Part shown: piece after piece, positions 11,044-25,716 of the stretch
How the letters are laid out: every line of letters starts with the position of its first letter
How positions within the stretch are numbered: position 1 is the stretch's first letter
DNA from: Thalia democratica
Lineage: Eukaryota
Assembly (NCBI GenBank): GCA_965202585.1
Contig: OZ241827.1
Span: 12,710,001 to 12,774,000, forward strand
Length of the DNA: 64,000 nucleotides
Reading direction: 5' to 3'
The notes under the pieces: generated by a model
The model's input: the letters and a program-made list of their open reading frames with translations, nothing else
The model's database searches: none
Told to the model about the DNA's origin: nothing
Translations under genes and position numbers: made by a program

Positions 11044-12589
11044 GTAAATTTTGAGTCCCCAATTAATTTTTGATTCTAAGAAATCTGAGTGTATTATAAA
11101 TATTGTGCCGCTTAGGTGACCTGATTACGCTTTAAACTTTTTAATACTTAATTGATTTAGTTGTGTCTAAAATTTCAAAGTACAAGCTCACTTGTTTATT
11201 ATTTGTTATATTATCTTACTTTATTTTTTGTTGCCCAACGTTCGACCCGGGCATCAAACCTAAGCTATTAAACAGAAAGCATGAAAAGAAAAATTTTCAA
11301 AAGTTTAACTATAAAATAAACAAGTAAGTATTTAGTTTATCATTTATATACGCAACATAGTTGTTTTTCTCTATTATAAATATAAATAAAGGGGTTAACA
11401 TATGAACAAAAACTTGTTATATAAAAAAAAGATAAATATAATAAGGTTAAAATCACAAAAAGTTTAGTTTAGATAACTTATAAATAACCTGTTAAAATGT
11501 AAGTTTATTTAAAAACGTTCAAAAAGATTTAGGGCTTTCATTAAAATCAAAAACGACGATGAATTTAATAAAACATTAAGATACTATCAGGTGGAAGCTA
11601 GTGTATAATTTTTTTTGTTAAAACTAACCATCAGCAGTAGCTAGTTGCAATTAAGTTAAGTTATCTAGGTAATTTATGAGTTTATGATCTTTTATATATT
11701 CTATTACTATTAACAATTATTTTAAATAAACAAAAAAGTTGAAGTTGTATATAAACAAATCTATTACTTTTTGAGAAACTTTATTCAAGTTACTTGTCTG
11801 TTCAAAAAAGAGATATGCTAATGAATATTAAAAAAATGTACATCATTTTTATACTATTTTTTATTTATATATGAGTTTATATATTTTATTTATATATGAG
11901 TAATTTATGAGTTTATGATCTTTTATATATTTTATTACTACTAACAATTATTTTAAATAAACAAAAAAGTTGAAGTTGTATATAAACAAATCTAATCTTT
12001 TACAAAAATATTACGGTGGTGTTAAATTCTTTTGTCCTTTAATTGTTAGAAAAAAATAAAAGTTCAATTTTATAAATAGAGCAATAAATTATTTTAAATG
12101 TGCTAACCATACATAACTTTGTTGTTTTTATGAAAAAAAATGTTTTAAAAAAACCCAGAGACAATGAAATAGTTCTTTTTTTAATTTAATGTTTAAATTC
12201 AGTGGTTTGAGGGTTTGACTAAAGAAAATAAACCTTGCAGCTACTTATTTTGCTTTTTTCGGTCTGCCGTTTGTTTAACAAACTTATTAAAAATTAAATA
12301 ATACAACCGTTGTCTTTATCATAACCTTTATATTATAAATCCGACATCAATGAAAAGATGCTATAAAAAAATTAAAGCTATATAAAACGAAAAATATGTT
12401 AGTTTTATAACATTACTATGGTTTATTATAGAAACAAAGAGAAAAGTTTTAGATTTTAGAATTTAACAACGAGAAGTTTAAGTTAATTTTAACGTTAACA
12501 TTAAAAAACGATTGCTTTCAAAAACTATACGGTAGTAACAAAACTACATTAATTGTTAACTATTGATGACCGGTTATTCCATTATTTAG

Positions 12590-14573
12590 TTATGGTTTTG
12601 GTAATTTAGCACAAGAAAATCTGTAAACATCCTGGGTTGCCCCGCAAACGTCTTCCGACCACACGTCATTTTCTACGTCATAAAGAAAAACCGATGCGTC
12701 TCCGTAACAGAAAAAGAGAATCTTGCTTCCAACTGATGTGACTTCATAATTGTTAAAAAACGACAAAAAATCTGCAGCAGGCTTGCGAAACAAAACGAAT
12801 TTGCTGCAACAAGAATCGAAAACTTCAAGACTATTTGAAAACAGACCGCCAAACACGAAGAACTTGTTCTTGTGGGCGACCGTTTTGTGGAACACCCTTC
12901 TTTCGACCATATTCGGCATACTTGTCCATGTATCAGCAATGTGATCGTACGCCTCGACGCTGTTTAATCTTCCGTCGTTGATGTTGCTTCCACCATTGAC
13001 GATGACTCTTCCTTCGAACACGGCGCACGACGCGCTCTCCCTCCCCGAGTTCGTTCTGGCAACTTCCCTCCACGTTGAGTTTGCCGTGTTGAACTCGAGA
13101 CAGTTTCTGGTAGGGTTTCTAATACAATATCTTCCTCCAATGAAATATATTTTATCAATAAACGAACACGCACAAAATTCAACACGATCGTCATACATTT
13201 TACTCACAACGCTCCAAGTGTCCGTGGCAGATGAGTACCTTTCAACAGGCATCACCGGGTCCCATTTGTCATTGTCGACGTCATAGTAGTCCCCACCTAG
13301 TGCGTAAATTTCACCCTTGATGCAAAATATATCGTGATATCTTCGCGCATGATTGATTTCTGAAAAGTTTCTTGCTTTGGAAAGATTGTTAGCGTCAACA
13401 GTAAAACAATCTTTGAGAACATGAAAATTTGTTTGACCACCGACAACAACAAAGTTAAAACTATCTTGACCACAGTGCCTATTGTTAGACGAAGCCTTGC
13501 TAGATATAAACTTTTTCTTGTTCCTGATAGCTTTCTTTATAATATCGAAACACTCCAAGTCCTCAACTATCCACATATTCTTGTCTACCGTATCATTCAA
13601 AGCAGGAACTGTTAGCAATGAAAACCGAACTCTTTTCAAGAGATATTTCGCATATTTCCTTCGTTCAATACTTTTATGTTTCAACCACGCATTCATTGCA
13701 TTGAATACTTGCAGTTCTGAATCAATATGTAATTCAGGACTGTTTAATATTGCTGCTACAAACTTAAAATCTAGCTCAAGAAAGCCTTCTGAATCAGCAA
13801 CAGTTGTAAACCAACGTTCAATAACGCGTAAAGAAGTTTTGAAAATTTCTTGGAGTCTAAATAGTTGAGAGAAGAACAGATATGGTATACAGTTAGGTAC
13901 AGTAACATTATCTTCTATCCATTTACTTGTTTGATTTGCTGTTTTTTCATCCAGCAAAACTTTACTAACTTTTAAAAGTTTTGTTCTGTTTTCTTCTTTA
14001 GATTTCTTTTTTTCTGTTTAATTTTTGACAAATAAATAAGACCATGTAACTTTAAGCTTTAAATCTTTTTTATTAATTACTTTAGCAATATAATATATAC
14101 TTATTTTAAATAAAAGAAAAAAAAACAATATTTCAGTGTGAGTTTAACCTTAAGCAAAGATGTATATTTATTTCGAAAACAAGTTGGTTATTTTGGCTTA
14201 TACATAAAGGTGAAAAAATATTTTTTTGTGCTCAGTTTGCAACAAACTAGAGGAATTAGAGCAACTACAACTGCTAGGTTTTAATAAATTGTAAATATTG
14301 TAACACTGACCTAAAGTCTATCACTCTATTGCTTAAAACTAATAGCTAGTTTCTAACATGTTCATTTCAAAAATAATCTTTTAATTTCTGAAGCTTTAAT
14401 TTTAGTTCAACTACTACAAGTTAAAATAAAAACCCACCTAGATTCACAACATCAATTTGTTGCCTGGTATTTTCTTTGCACAGATCGTAAAAACCAAGCT
14501 TTTTACTTTTAGCAACAAACTTATCATCAGTTGTTGATAAAACTAGTTTTCGTTTCACTATACTTTTGCTCAT
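12590..14573 (-). CDS. Kelch-like protein A (BTB remnant + BACK + 6 Kelch repeats), 2 exons: complement join(14573-14438,14013-12590), 519 aa
   Basis: BACK signature FLELDFKFVAAILNSPELHIDSELQVFNAMNAW...RVRFSLL. Kelch GG motifs VVVGG, YALGG, YFIGG, IVNGG, FVFGG, with VERY/W spacing. The ORF-track start is a TTG. An upstream 136-nt ATG exon (MSKSIVKRKL...IDVVNL) ends G|gtgggt and splices in phase to aacag|AA. Confidence 0.85.
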
Positions 14574-15751
14574 ACTTTTATTTTAAAGTCTGCAATATTA
14601 AATACTATTTATAATAGAATAAATGTAAGGTATTGGTTGTCGTACACTCATTTTATTAATAATATTTATCATAATTGAATTCAACCTTTTTTAAATTATT
14701 ATCTTATAAATACTGAATGCTACTTTAGTCTAGTTTTTAAAAATCTGATGCACAGTTTAAATAACGTATCTTTTATCTAAAAGAAGCACAAAAAAATATA
14801 CAAAATCTCCATATTTAGAATATAAGTTATTTTATAAACAACTTGGAACTAAATAAACTTTAATAACAAACCAAATTTAAGTGCAGTAAACTATAAACAA
14901 TTAAGGAATCGGTAAATGTTTAAATTTATTACAAAGACTTAAAACAATTAATTAAGGCATATATCAAAACTTTTCGTGAGCAATAAACTACAAAAGGCTT
15001 AAATAATTATTAAAAATTAGTATCCAATTCAAATATATAAAGCAATAACTACTATAGAGTTTAAATATTAACTGAATATTTAAACAATACCTACAATAAA
15101 AAAGCATTCAAATAATGTTTTTGTAGAAAACTTAAGTAGATCCTTCTCTTGCCTTCAAAATACACTACTGAATGCACAAGTATATATAATTGTTATGTTT
15201 TTTTTTGGATTTCATCAGTATTTTTCACGCCTCACTAACCCTCGTTCTGATTGGCTCAAAAGGTCGTGGTTGGGTGCTTCAAGAGTTGACTTCCATATAT
15301 GGTCATTGTTATCAGGCTTTCAATTTTCAGAGATCAAACAATGAATAATTCAAGTAAAGTAAAAGCACTTTAAAACGGTAACCGAACGACTTAATAAAAA
15401 AAATTGGGTAAAAATAATAACCATTAGTCTTAGAAACAGTATCTAAGTTAGCCTAAGTTTTACAAAAAAAGCCTGAAATATAATTAAGTGTTAAAACTAG
15501 CTTAAGTATGCCTTAACTAAATATCCTAATTATACTGACACTGAGTGTGTGTTACCCTGTTTGTCAAAGCAATTACATGCATTTGCCTAATTCTGACTTA
15601 GTTGAATTTTACACACTAAACATTACATTAATAGGAATATAAAAATTTGGGCTAAAACTTAAAACTAAAGTTAGTCTTTTAATTCTAAAAAACAAACAAA
15701 AAAAATTTAATCTAATAATCATACTGTACCTATGACGACGTTATTCTAAAT

Positions 15752-16023
15752 CAGGGTTTCCCAAAGTGGGCCAAATGGCCCCTTTAAGATCCATGGCAGA
15801 TATTCAGAGATTCAGAGTGTAAGACTACTTAAAGAACCACAGGAGGCCATGAGGTCATAATTTGAAACTTACAATAGATATTCTGGAGTCGCAGATTAAG
15901 AACAAGAAATAAAAAATTAAAAAGTTTTAGGTGCTTTTAATTTTTTTGAGTAATCTTGTTGAGGGGCCTTTGCTTTTTTAATTTCTTTAAAGAGGGCCAT
16001 TTAAAAAAGTTTTTGAAAGACTT
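15752..16023. mobile_element. hAT-like MITE, same family as 2555-2820, carried inside the segmental duplication
   Basis: Starts CAGGGTTTCCCAAAGTGGGCC; the right end is decayed. Corresponding copies are at ~41586-41848 and, inverted, ~27600-27830. Confidence 0.6.
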
Positions 16024-16519
16024 TTCAAAATAAATATTTCAAAACCAGACTTGGTTGTTTAAATAACGTGAAAATAAATACCCAACTTGTAGTAAATAAA
16101 AGAAAAACGAGTAAAAATAAATTCGATAAGTAATAAATACATTCTCCATCTCAAACTAATAAACTTATATTTATATCAGGGTTACTTTTGTTTGAATTAC
16201 AACCTTATTTAAAAATATTAGCAAGAGCTTAATAGCCTAAATTAGTCAATCAAGTAACAAAAAAAGGAATACTTAAAAGTGATAATATTTGAAAATATTT
16301 TTTTTAAATGTTTTTCTAAAATGTACTACTGAAGAACTTTAAAAATGTCGTAAACATTTTCTTTCTTTTTTAAAGTAAAACCTTATTGAGTTTTACAATT
16401 ACTTTTTGTTTCACAGGAAATTAAAATCTTACTTATTATTATGAGACTAAATCTTTAAATAGTTCTAAACAAAGAAGCATTATTTAAGCTAAATCTCAAG
16501 GATGTTAGTAAAATATAAA

Positions 16520-19500
16520 GTATTAATTATCTTTATCATTATTATAATATAAGTTTTGTTGATAAAATTATTTTAAGCCCTTAGTAAGTGCATTAAAAAT
16601 GAAATTTTTTATTGCACCTTTGAGTTAATGAAAGAAAACTATTGAGAATATTTATCAGACTAACTTATTTTGAAACCAAAAAACATTTCTGAGTGACCAA
16701 AATAATCATTTCAACTACCCTGGGTCATCTTATATCCGAAAATAAACTGTAAAAGCCAGAAGCTAAACATCATACAGTTAATCAGTTATACCTAAAAATA
16801 ACAATATGATAACAAAAGGAATGGAGATCAAAACAATAAATACATTTTTCAGGAATAAAATATTTCAATATCATCAATCTGGACTGAGTATTTACGTAAA
16901 ATATCAAATTTTGCCTAAATTATTGACAAAAAAAAAACATCATAGGACAGTAGAAATTTCAGAATTTTCAATCTAATTTGAGAGTGTGATAACCCATAGT
17001 AATGGTAAATTTTTAAACTGAAAATTAACAGGGTTTTTCTATTTAAAGCAAAAAGTTATTGTGAGTGACTAAAATCTAGCTTGAGTCAACCAAACTTGTC
17101 TGACTTATACTCAATTTTTTATAAAAAAGAAAAAGACAAAATAGTAGAGTATGTAGTTAATCAAGGTTAATAAGCTTAATTATCATTGGTATAAAATAAA
17201 TTCACAAGTATGTAAAAGAAATAATATTTAATATCATGTTGTCTAGAAAAGTTAAGATAAACTATAAAATAAATGAAAGCATTATTTGAAATTTCTTGAA
17301 ACTTGGATGCATTAATATATTTTTCAAGAGAAACTTTAATCATTTTTATCATTATAAGTGTGTATTAAAATTTTTTGTTCTGATTTCAAAAAAGTTAGTT
17401 CTAATTTTGAAGCATAATGTTACAATTGTGAAAATATTACTATGAAATTTATAGAACTAAGCTTTTTAATTCTTTTCTTATTCTATATTATTTTAATAAA
17501 AAATGTTTAGTAACGAAGTTTTTTATTCTATTTAAAATATTAACTTTATTAATCATTAAAAAAACAATTTAAAGCTTAGCAAATAAGTTGTATGATAAAA
17601 CTTAGTTATTAAAAGTAAAAACTGAAAATTAACAATATCCATGTTTTTTAATGACTATAATATTCCGCCTTATGATTGTAGCTGGATGACTGAAAGATTT
17701 TAGTCACACAAATCTATTCACATAAGCTTTTAAAGTTTTAATAGTACTAATAAAACTAAAATGGTCAACAAATAAAAAAATGCAACACCAGAGCTAAATT
17801 TAGTCTTGTTGATGTCTATAGCTAGAATAAAAAAACTTGTTTAAAAACAAAATTTTTATTACAACCTCAAAATTTTATGCACCTTTAAATAAGTTTGGTG
17901 CACAGCAAAAGTATTGTGAAATAAAAAACAATTAATTATAAGTATTTATTCTTATTGTAGCAGAACAAGAAAGTATGGTTTTATTAATAATTATAAACTA
18001 AAAAAGCTTTATTCACAAAAGTCGGTAGTACAACAATGCTACTTCTAATAGCTTTTGAAATTTTATAAAATAACAAAAAAAATAATGTTTAAGGGAAACT
18101 TTAAAATTTCTATTTGAATTTGTAATAAAATAATCTAATAATAGAACCCTCAACTCAAATTTTGATACTTTTGTAGAATATGTTTTAAACACATATATAA
18201 CACACTAATAGTACTAAAATGGTCAACAAATTAAAAGAAATGCAACACCAGAACTAAATTTAGCTTTTTTGTTGATGTATGTAGCTTGAAATGAATAAAA
18301 AAGTTTAACTTGTTTTTTTTTAACAACCTTTAAAATTTAACCACCTTAAAATAAGTTTGGTGTACCGCAAAAGTATTGTGAAACCCAAAAATAATTAATT
18401 ATAAGTGCTTCTTCCAGGAGCGTGTCAAGACTTTTTTCAAAGGAGTTGACAATTTTTTTTTACAAAAATGATTGTTCAAAAATGATATTAATTTTTTCAA
18501 TAGTTAACTTCGAATCTACCAGTTTATTGATAGTATTTTGTAAATATATTCAAATAACATACTAAAGCGTTTTGAACGTTCTAACATTCTCACTTTTCGT
18601 CAAGATACTATTTTCCAAATAAGAACAAGTTAAGTTTAGTTTTTAGTGCACTTTTGTAACTTACAGTTTTGTTTTAAATAACCAAATCAAAATATCATTA
18701 CAACTAAAAAAAAGCAACGCTTTGTTAAGAAATTAGTTCATTAGTTGAAATTTCTCATAACTTATAGTAATAAATTATTTACAGGTTCATTAACTATCGT
18801 TCTAAAAAACAAGAAAACTTGACCAAAGATAATAGAAGGTAAGTTTACTTTATTCTTTAAGCTTACTCATATGAAAAAAAAAATAGTTTAACACAATTAT
18901 GAACATAGTTGATTCTAGTAAGAGTATAACAACATGCTATTTTAATTATTTTACAACTTTTTTACCAACTAAGGTTGAAGGAGATTCATAAGAAAATATT
19001 TAAACACTCAAACTTACTGAATTACGTTATTAAACTAATAAATTTGTTTTGTCGTTATAGTTATGTTTAATAATTTAAAGATTGAGTGAAATCAAGATAA
19101 CAATTTTTTTACTTAATAGTTGACCTTTGTAAAGGTGAAAGTAATAAGTTATTCTTATTAATTTTAAAGATTACTCTCAATAAATGATGAATAGTTCAAA
19201 TTTACTGCGCAATAGTATTTTCAAATATTATTGTAAAGAAGTTTTAACTTAATTCATTATTTTTTTGCAACGAACGTGGATTAAAAGCATAAAAAAAACT
19301 AACACACTTAATTATAATTGTGCAAAATATAGACTTTATTGTTTGCTAACAAAATATCCTAGTGAAACAAGTTCACTGGAAGATTAATAAAAACAAATTA
19401 TACAGTAATCTTCCTTTATTGTACCAACATATGTTTCTGTGTGTTAACGAATCAACACACTTCAACTGGGTTTTGTAAAAAATATAACTACTGTAATGTA

Positions 19501-22500
19501 AGAATAGAAGCATAGAATAAAGTAGGTGTATACATGTTTTCATTAAAATTAAAATAAGATAAAATAATTTCTACAAATTTTTACAGGTTAATAGTTAATA
19601 ATAGGTAAAATACTTAATTTTAAGTCCGAATGTTATAAAACTATACAATATTTGTAACTATTAAGTCTAAATTAAGTAAAGTAAACTGAAATACACAACA
19701 AAAAAAAATCATAATATAAACAAACGTATTAATTATTATTAATTAAGTATTAATTATTTTTATTATTATTGTAATAAAAGTTTTGTTGATAAAATTATTT
19801 TAAGTCCTTAGAGAGTGCATTAAAAAAGTTGAAATTTTTTATTCCACCTTTGAGCTAATGAAAGAAAATTATTGAGAATATTTATCAGACTAACTTATTT
19901 TGAAACTAGAAAACATTTCTGAGTGACCAAAAAAATCATTTCAACTACCCTGGGTCATCTTATACCTGAATATAAACTGTAAAAGCCAGAAGCTAAACAT
20001 CATACAGTTAATCAGTTATACCTAAAAATAACAATATGATATCAAAAGGAATGGAGATCAAAAACAATAAATACATTTTTCAGGAAAAAATATTTTAATA
20101 TCATCAATCTGGACTGAGTATTTACGTAAAATATCAAATTTTGCCTAAATTATTAAAAAAAAAAACATAAAACATCATAGGACAGTATACATTTCAGTAT
20201 TTTCAATCTAACTTGAGAGTGTGATAACCCTGAGTAATGATAAATTTTCAAACTGGAAATTAACAGGGTTTTTCTATTTAAAGCAAAAAGTTATTGTGAG
20301 TGACTAAAATCTAGCCTGAGTTAACTAAACTTGTTTGACTAATACTCAGTTTTTTATAAAAGAAAAAGACAAAATAGTAGAATATGTAGTTAATCAAGGT
20401 TAATAAGCTAAATTATCATTGATAAAAAATAACTTCAGAAGTATTTTAAAGAAATATTCATGTTGTCTAGAAAAGTTAAGATAAAGTAAAAAATAAATGA
20501 AAGCATTATTTGAAATTTCTTGAAACTTAAATGCATTACTATATTTTCCAGAGAAACTTTAATCATTATTAAGGTTTTAAGATTTCCTGATTAAAAAAAA
20601 ATTAAAGTGTGTAGTAATATTTTTTCTTCTAATTTCAAAAAAGTTAGTTCCAATTTGAAGCATAATGTTTCAATTGTGAAAATATTACAATGAAATTTAT
20701 AAAACGAATCTTTTTAATTCTTTTTTTATTCTATACTATTTTAATAAAAAATTAATAGTAAAGAAGTTTTTTATTCTTTTTGAAATATTAACTGTAATAA
20801 TCATTAAAAAATTAATTTAAAGCTTAGCAAATGAATTGTATGATAAAACTTAGTTATTAAAAGTAAAAACTGAAAATTAACAATATCCATGTTTTTTAAT
20901 GACTATAATATTCCGCCTTATGATTGTAGCTGGATGACTGAAAGATTTTAGTCACACAAATCTATTCACATAAGCTTTTAAAGTTTTAATCGTACTAATA
21001 AAACTAAAATGGTCAACAAATAAAAAAAATGCAACACCAGAGCTAAATTTAGTCTTGTTGATGTATATAGCTAGAATATAAATACTTGTTTAAAAACAAA
21101 ATTTTTATTACAACCTCAAAATTTTATGCATCTTTAAATAAGTTTGGTGCACAGCAAAAGTATTGTGAAATAAAAACAATTAGTTATGAGTATTTATTCT
21201 TATTGTAGCAGAACAAGAAAGTATGGTTTTATTAATAATTATAAACTAGAAAAGCTTTTAAGTCACACAAAAGTCACAGTCGGTAGTACAACAATGCTTT
21301 TTCTAATAGCTTTTGAAGTTTTATAAAAAAAAAAAAAATAATAATGTTTCAGGGAAACTTAAAAATATCTATTTGAATTTGTAATAAAATAATCTAATAA
21401 TAGAACCCTCAACTCAAATTTTGATTTGTTTTAAACACATACATAACACACTAATAGTACTAAAATGGTCAACAAAAAAAAGAAATGCAACACCAGAACT
21501 AAATTTAGCTTTTTTGTTGATGTATGTAGCTTGAAATGAATATAAAAGTTTAAGTTGTTTTTTTTAACAACCTTTAAAATTTATGCACCTTAAAATAAGT
21601 TTGGTGCACCGCAAAAGTATTGTGAAACCCAAAAATAATTGATTATGAGTGCTTTTTCCAGGAGCGCGTCTAGACTTTTTTCAAAAAAGTTGACAGTTTT
21701 TTTTTACAAAAATGATTGTTCAAAAATGATCTGTAATGATTGTTTAGAGTTTAAGATTTCCTGATTAAAAAAACACTAAACATGTGTAGTAATACTTTTT
21801 GTTTTGATTTCCAAATAATTAGTTTCAATTTTAAGCATAATGTTTTTAATTCAAAATATAATACTGAGAAATAAATAAAAGTAAGCTTTTTAGTTCTTTA
21901 CTTATTACATATAGTTTAAATTAAAACGGTTCAGTTAAGATGTTTTTTTATTGGAGTATTATTTGTGATAATCATTAAAAAATTAATTTAAATCTTAGCA
22001 AATAAATCATATGATTATTTTAAATTATCAGAAGTAAAAACTGAAAATTAACACTATCCATGGTTTTTTTTCAATCACCTTAAAATTCCACTTCATGATT
22101 GTAGCTGGATGACTGAAAGATTTTCTTCACATAACTCTATTCACATAAGCTTTAAAAGTTTTAATAGTACTAATAGTACTAAAATGGTCAACAAATAAAA
22201 AGAAATGCAACACCAGAACTAAATTTAGCTTTACTGTTGATGTATATAGCTAGAAATAAATATAAAATACTTTAAATTTGTTTTTTCACAACCTTAAAAC
22301 TCTATGCACCTTCAATTAAGTTTAGTGTACCGCAAAACCTTCAAAAAGCTGTGAAAAGCATTATAACATTTTTAATGAGCATTATTTTTTTTCCATATTG
22401 AATTTTAATGTTTTCTTTTCCTTTAATAAGTAAAATTCCTTAAGAAAAGTTTCAAATATTGAATTTGATCTACAATTTTGTAACTTAAGAATATATAAGT
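16520..22500. repeat. Complex ~2-kb tandem/dispersed AT-rich repeat unit with internal sub-repeats
   Basis: ~16520-18500 resembles ~19745-21725 and ~43820-45400. The marker GATTGTAGCTGGATGACTGAAAGAT occurs near 17670, 20920, 22100, 43480 and 44920, and inverted near 24930, 33540 and 34380. Confidence 0.85.
18785..18838 (+). other. Orphan duplicate of connexin A exon 9 (exon 9'), possible alternative exon
   Basis: tatttacag|G TTC ATT AAC TAT CGT TCT ... AAT AGA AG|gtaagt. Same 54 nt and phase as 10340-10393; open frame FINYRSKKQENLTKDNR. It lies in a copy (~18505-19310) of ~10047-10880. Confidence 0.7.
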
Positions 22501-22568
22501 TTCTTTTAAGATGTAACGGTGAAAGGCGTTAAGTACTGGAGATCCTGATAAGCTTATCGGAATATATA

Positions 22569-22886
22569 CCACAGATGTTTTTGTGTCAAAACTTTATTCC
22601 GACTAACGGCGTTTCACTGCTCTAAAATAAATTTAAGAACAGATCTACGGAGTCTATAAAATATTAACACACATTAGAAAAAAGCATGTATAATTATGTA
22701 TTGTGTTTATGTGAGTAGTAACTATAAACAAACTTTATGGTTTAAAAGCACTACACATGATTACACATGCTTTTTTTCTAATGTGTGTTAATATTTTATA
22801 GGCTCCGTAGATCTGTTCTTAAATTTTTTTGAAAGCAGTGAAACGGCGTTGTCGGAATAAAAGTTTTGACACAAAAACATCTGTGG
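22569..22886. mobile_element. MITE-like inverted-repeat element (~318 bp, ~130-bp arms)
   Basis: CCACAGATGTTTTTGTGTCAAAACTTT...ATCTACGGAGTCTATAAAATATTAACACACATTAGAAAAAAGCATG at the left is mirrored by its reverse complement, ending CATCTGTGG. Confidence 0.75.
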
Positions 22887-23961
22887 CAAGTTTTTTTTAA
22901 TAAATTTTCTGTAAACGATAATATTGTTGTGTATATATTTACTATTGCATGCAGCTTGTTTATCAATTTACTTTCTGAAAAGTCTAAGTTTAAATAACTT
23001 TTTGTGGTGTCTACTAAGATAATTAAAAACACTGATGGTTTAAAAGGGTTTTCTACAAGTAAAATTTGAAAAGTTTTTTTTTTGAGCATTAAAAGTACTG
23101 CAACCTTGATTGGTTTTAATAAACGGAATTTCATGTTTTCATTTTAATAATGTCACTACTAATTTTTTTTTTCTATATAAATAAATTTTAGTATTTTAAT
23201 ACACTTAACTTTAAAAATCAAAGCACTTATAATAAAAGTGTTAACTATAACACTATTGATTTAAACATAGTTTTCTAAACTGCTTTAAAACATGTTAAAT
23301 AGGTAATATTTTGCTAATAAAGATTAGTTTTAAAATTTAAATCGTAGAACCCTATATGTTAAGAACGTTTATTTTTCCTTTAAAATATAAACATCTTCAA
23401 TTTATTATACATTTGAATTTATTTCTACAAATACTTTTAAGGAATTTTTATTATAATTTCTTAAAGTTTGTCTTCAAAATTTAACAATAGGTACAATGTC
23501 GTTGTCAATTCGTTAATGATTAATTTGTAACAACCTAAATTTCAGAACACTTTGTAATTTTTTCATTTATTAGTGTTTGCTTAAATGATCCGAGTTGTAC
23601 GGGTTTCACTTGTAAAATAAGGGTAATTTGATAATTATTTTTGTGAAAAAAAACTGTCAACTTTTTTGAAAAAAGTCTAGACACGCTCCTGGAAGAAGCA
23701 CTCATAATTAATTATTTTTGCGTTTCACAATACTTTTGCGGTACACCAAACTTATTTTAAGGTGCATAAATTTTAAAGGTTTTTAAAAAAAACAAGTTAA
23801 ACTTCTATATTCATTTCAAGCTACATACATCAACAAAAAAGCTAAATTTAGTTCTGGTGTTGCTTTTCTTTTTATTTGTTGACCATTTTAGTACTATTGG
23901 TATTATTAAAACTTTTAAAGCTTATGTGAAGTTAATTAAAATTAAAGTAAAATTAAAACAT

Positions 23962-24889
23962 AAAGTTAATTTTATAGGCAAATTTATAAATTTTTTAAAA
24001 AACATAAAACTTTAATGTCAATTATTTTCCTTGTCTTAAAAGCTATCTAAAATTTTTTTTTATCTTAGAGAACGCACCTTTGTCTTTAATTTAAGGAAAA
24101 AGAAATTTGGTTTGGGGTTTGAATTATTTCATGTGGTCCTTCCAAAAATAAAGGGTTTTTTAAATTTTTTTCATTCATATTGCCTTATAACCAAAAATAT
24201 TTTTTTTTTTAATTTTTTTTTTTGATTTCCCTTAGTTTGCATGTTATTTAAACTCTTAAATAGTTATTTTATAAATAATGTTAATATCTTTTACGATTTG
24301 GCCCCAAAACAAAATGATGTATATTACACTATTATTTGCCTTGGCGATTTCCAAGATAAAAAAATGATAAAAGGAAAAAAATAATTAATAAGAATGTGAA
24401 TTACAACAAACTAAATTAAATTATTATAGTTAAATTAAATTTGTTGTAATTTACATTCTTATTAATCTTTTTTTTCCTTTTATCAATTTTTTATCTAGGA
24501 AATGGCCAAGGCAAATGATAGTGTAATATACATTATTTTGTTTTGGGGCCAAATTGTAAAAGATATTAACATTATTTATAGATTAATTATTTAAGAGTTT
24601 AAATAACATGCAAACTAAGGGAAATCTAAAAAAAAAGTTAAAAAAAAATAATATTTTTGGTTATAAGGCAATATGAATGAAAAAAAGAAAAAAAAAAACC
24701 TTTATTTCTGGAGGGACCCCATGAAATAATTCAAACCCCAAACCAAATTGTTTTTCTTAAATTAAAGACAAAGGTGCGTTCTCTAAGATAAAAAAAATTT
24801 TTAGATAGCTCTTAAGATAAGGAAAATAATTGACATTAAAGTTTTATGTTTTTTGAAAAATTTATAAATTTGTCTATAAAATTAACTTT
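23962..24889. repeat. ~930-bp near-perfect palindrome (foldback element)
   Basis: The left arm 23962-~24420 is the reverse complement of ~24430-24889, with scattered mismatches and almost no spacer. Confidence 0.9.
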
Positions 24890-25716
24890 TTGCTCGTGAA
24901 TAAATTTGTGTGAATACAATCTTTCAATTATCCGGCTACAATCATGAAGTGGAATTTTAAAGTCATTAAAAAACATGGATATTGTTAATTTTCAGTTTTT
25001 ACTTCTAATAACTAAGTTTTATCATACGATTTTTTAGCTAAGCTTTAAATTATTTTACTAATGATTATTAAAATTTCTATTTCAAATAGAAAAAAAAACT
25101 TTTTTTCTGAACATTTTTTATTAAAATTATATATAATAATTGAAGAATTAAAAAGCTTAGTTTTATAAATTTCTCAGTATTATTTTACAATTGAAACATT
25201 ATGCTTTAAATAGGAACTAACTTTTTTGAAATCAAAACAAAAAATATTACTACAAACTTTAATTTTTTTCTAATCAGGAAACCTTAAAACCTTAAAATGA
25301 TTACAATTTCAAACTAAAGAGTTTCTCTTTAAAAATATAGTAGTGCATTTAACTTTCAAGAAATTTCAAATAATGCTTTCTTTTATTTTTTATTTTATCT
25401 TACCTTTTCTAAACAACACTAGTATTAAATACTATTTCTTTTATACACTTCTTAAATCATTTTTTACCAAAGATAACTTAAGCTTCTTAACCTTGATTAA
25501 CTACATATTCTACTATTTTTTCTATTTCTTTTATAAAAATACTTAGTAGAATTCAGACAAGTTTAGTTAACTCAGGCTAGATTTTAGTCACTCACAATAA
25601 CTTTTTGCTTTAAATAGAATAAACCCTGTTAATTTCCAGTTTGAAAACTTACTATTACTCAGGGTTATCAAACTCTAAATTTAGATTGAAAATTCTGAAA
25701 TTTCTACCGTCCTATG

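Larger units (their letters stand above)
12030..17990. repeat. Segmental duplication, copy 1 (direct copy at ~37850-43815; inverted copy at ~24900-32010)
   Basis: Long runs of near-identical sequence, including the Kelch gene, its upstream region and the MITE, can be aligned by eye across all three locations. Confidence 0.9.

Noticed and set aside
12673-13868. Overlapping ORFs antisense to or in other frames of the Kelch genes (also 30337-30534, 31078-31269, 38561-39706)
   Set aside because: They are shadow ORFs of GC-richer coding sequence. Their recurrence is explained by the duplication, and they show no independent motifs.
12590-13957. ORF-track TTG start ('MLDEK...') for the Kelch genes
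   Set aside because: In this eukaryotic context the frame continues upstream to a splice acceptor and joins an ATG exon in all three copies.
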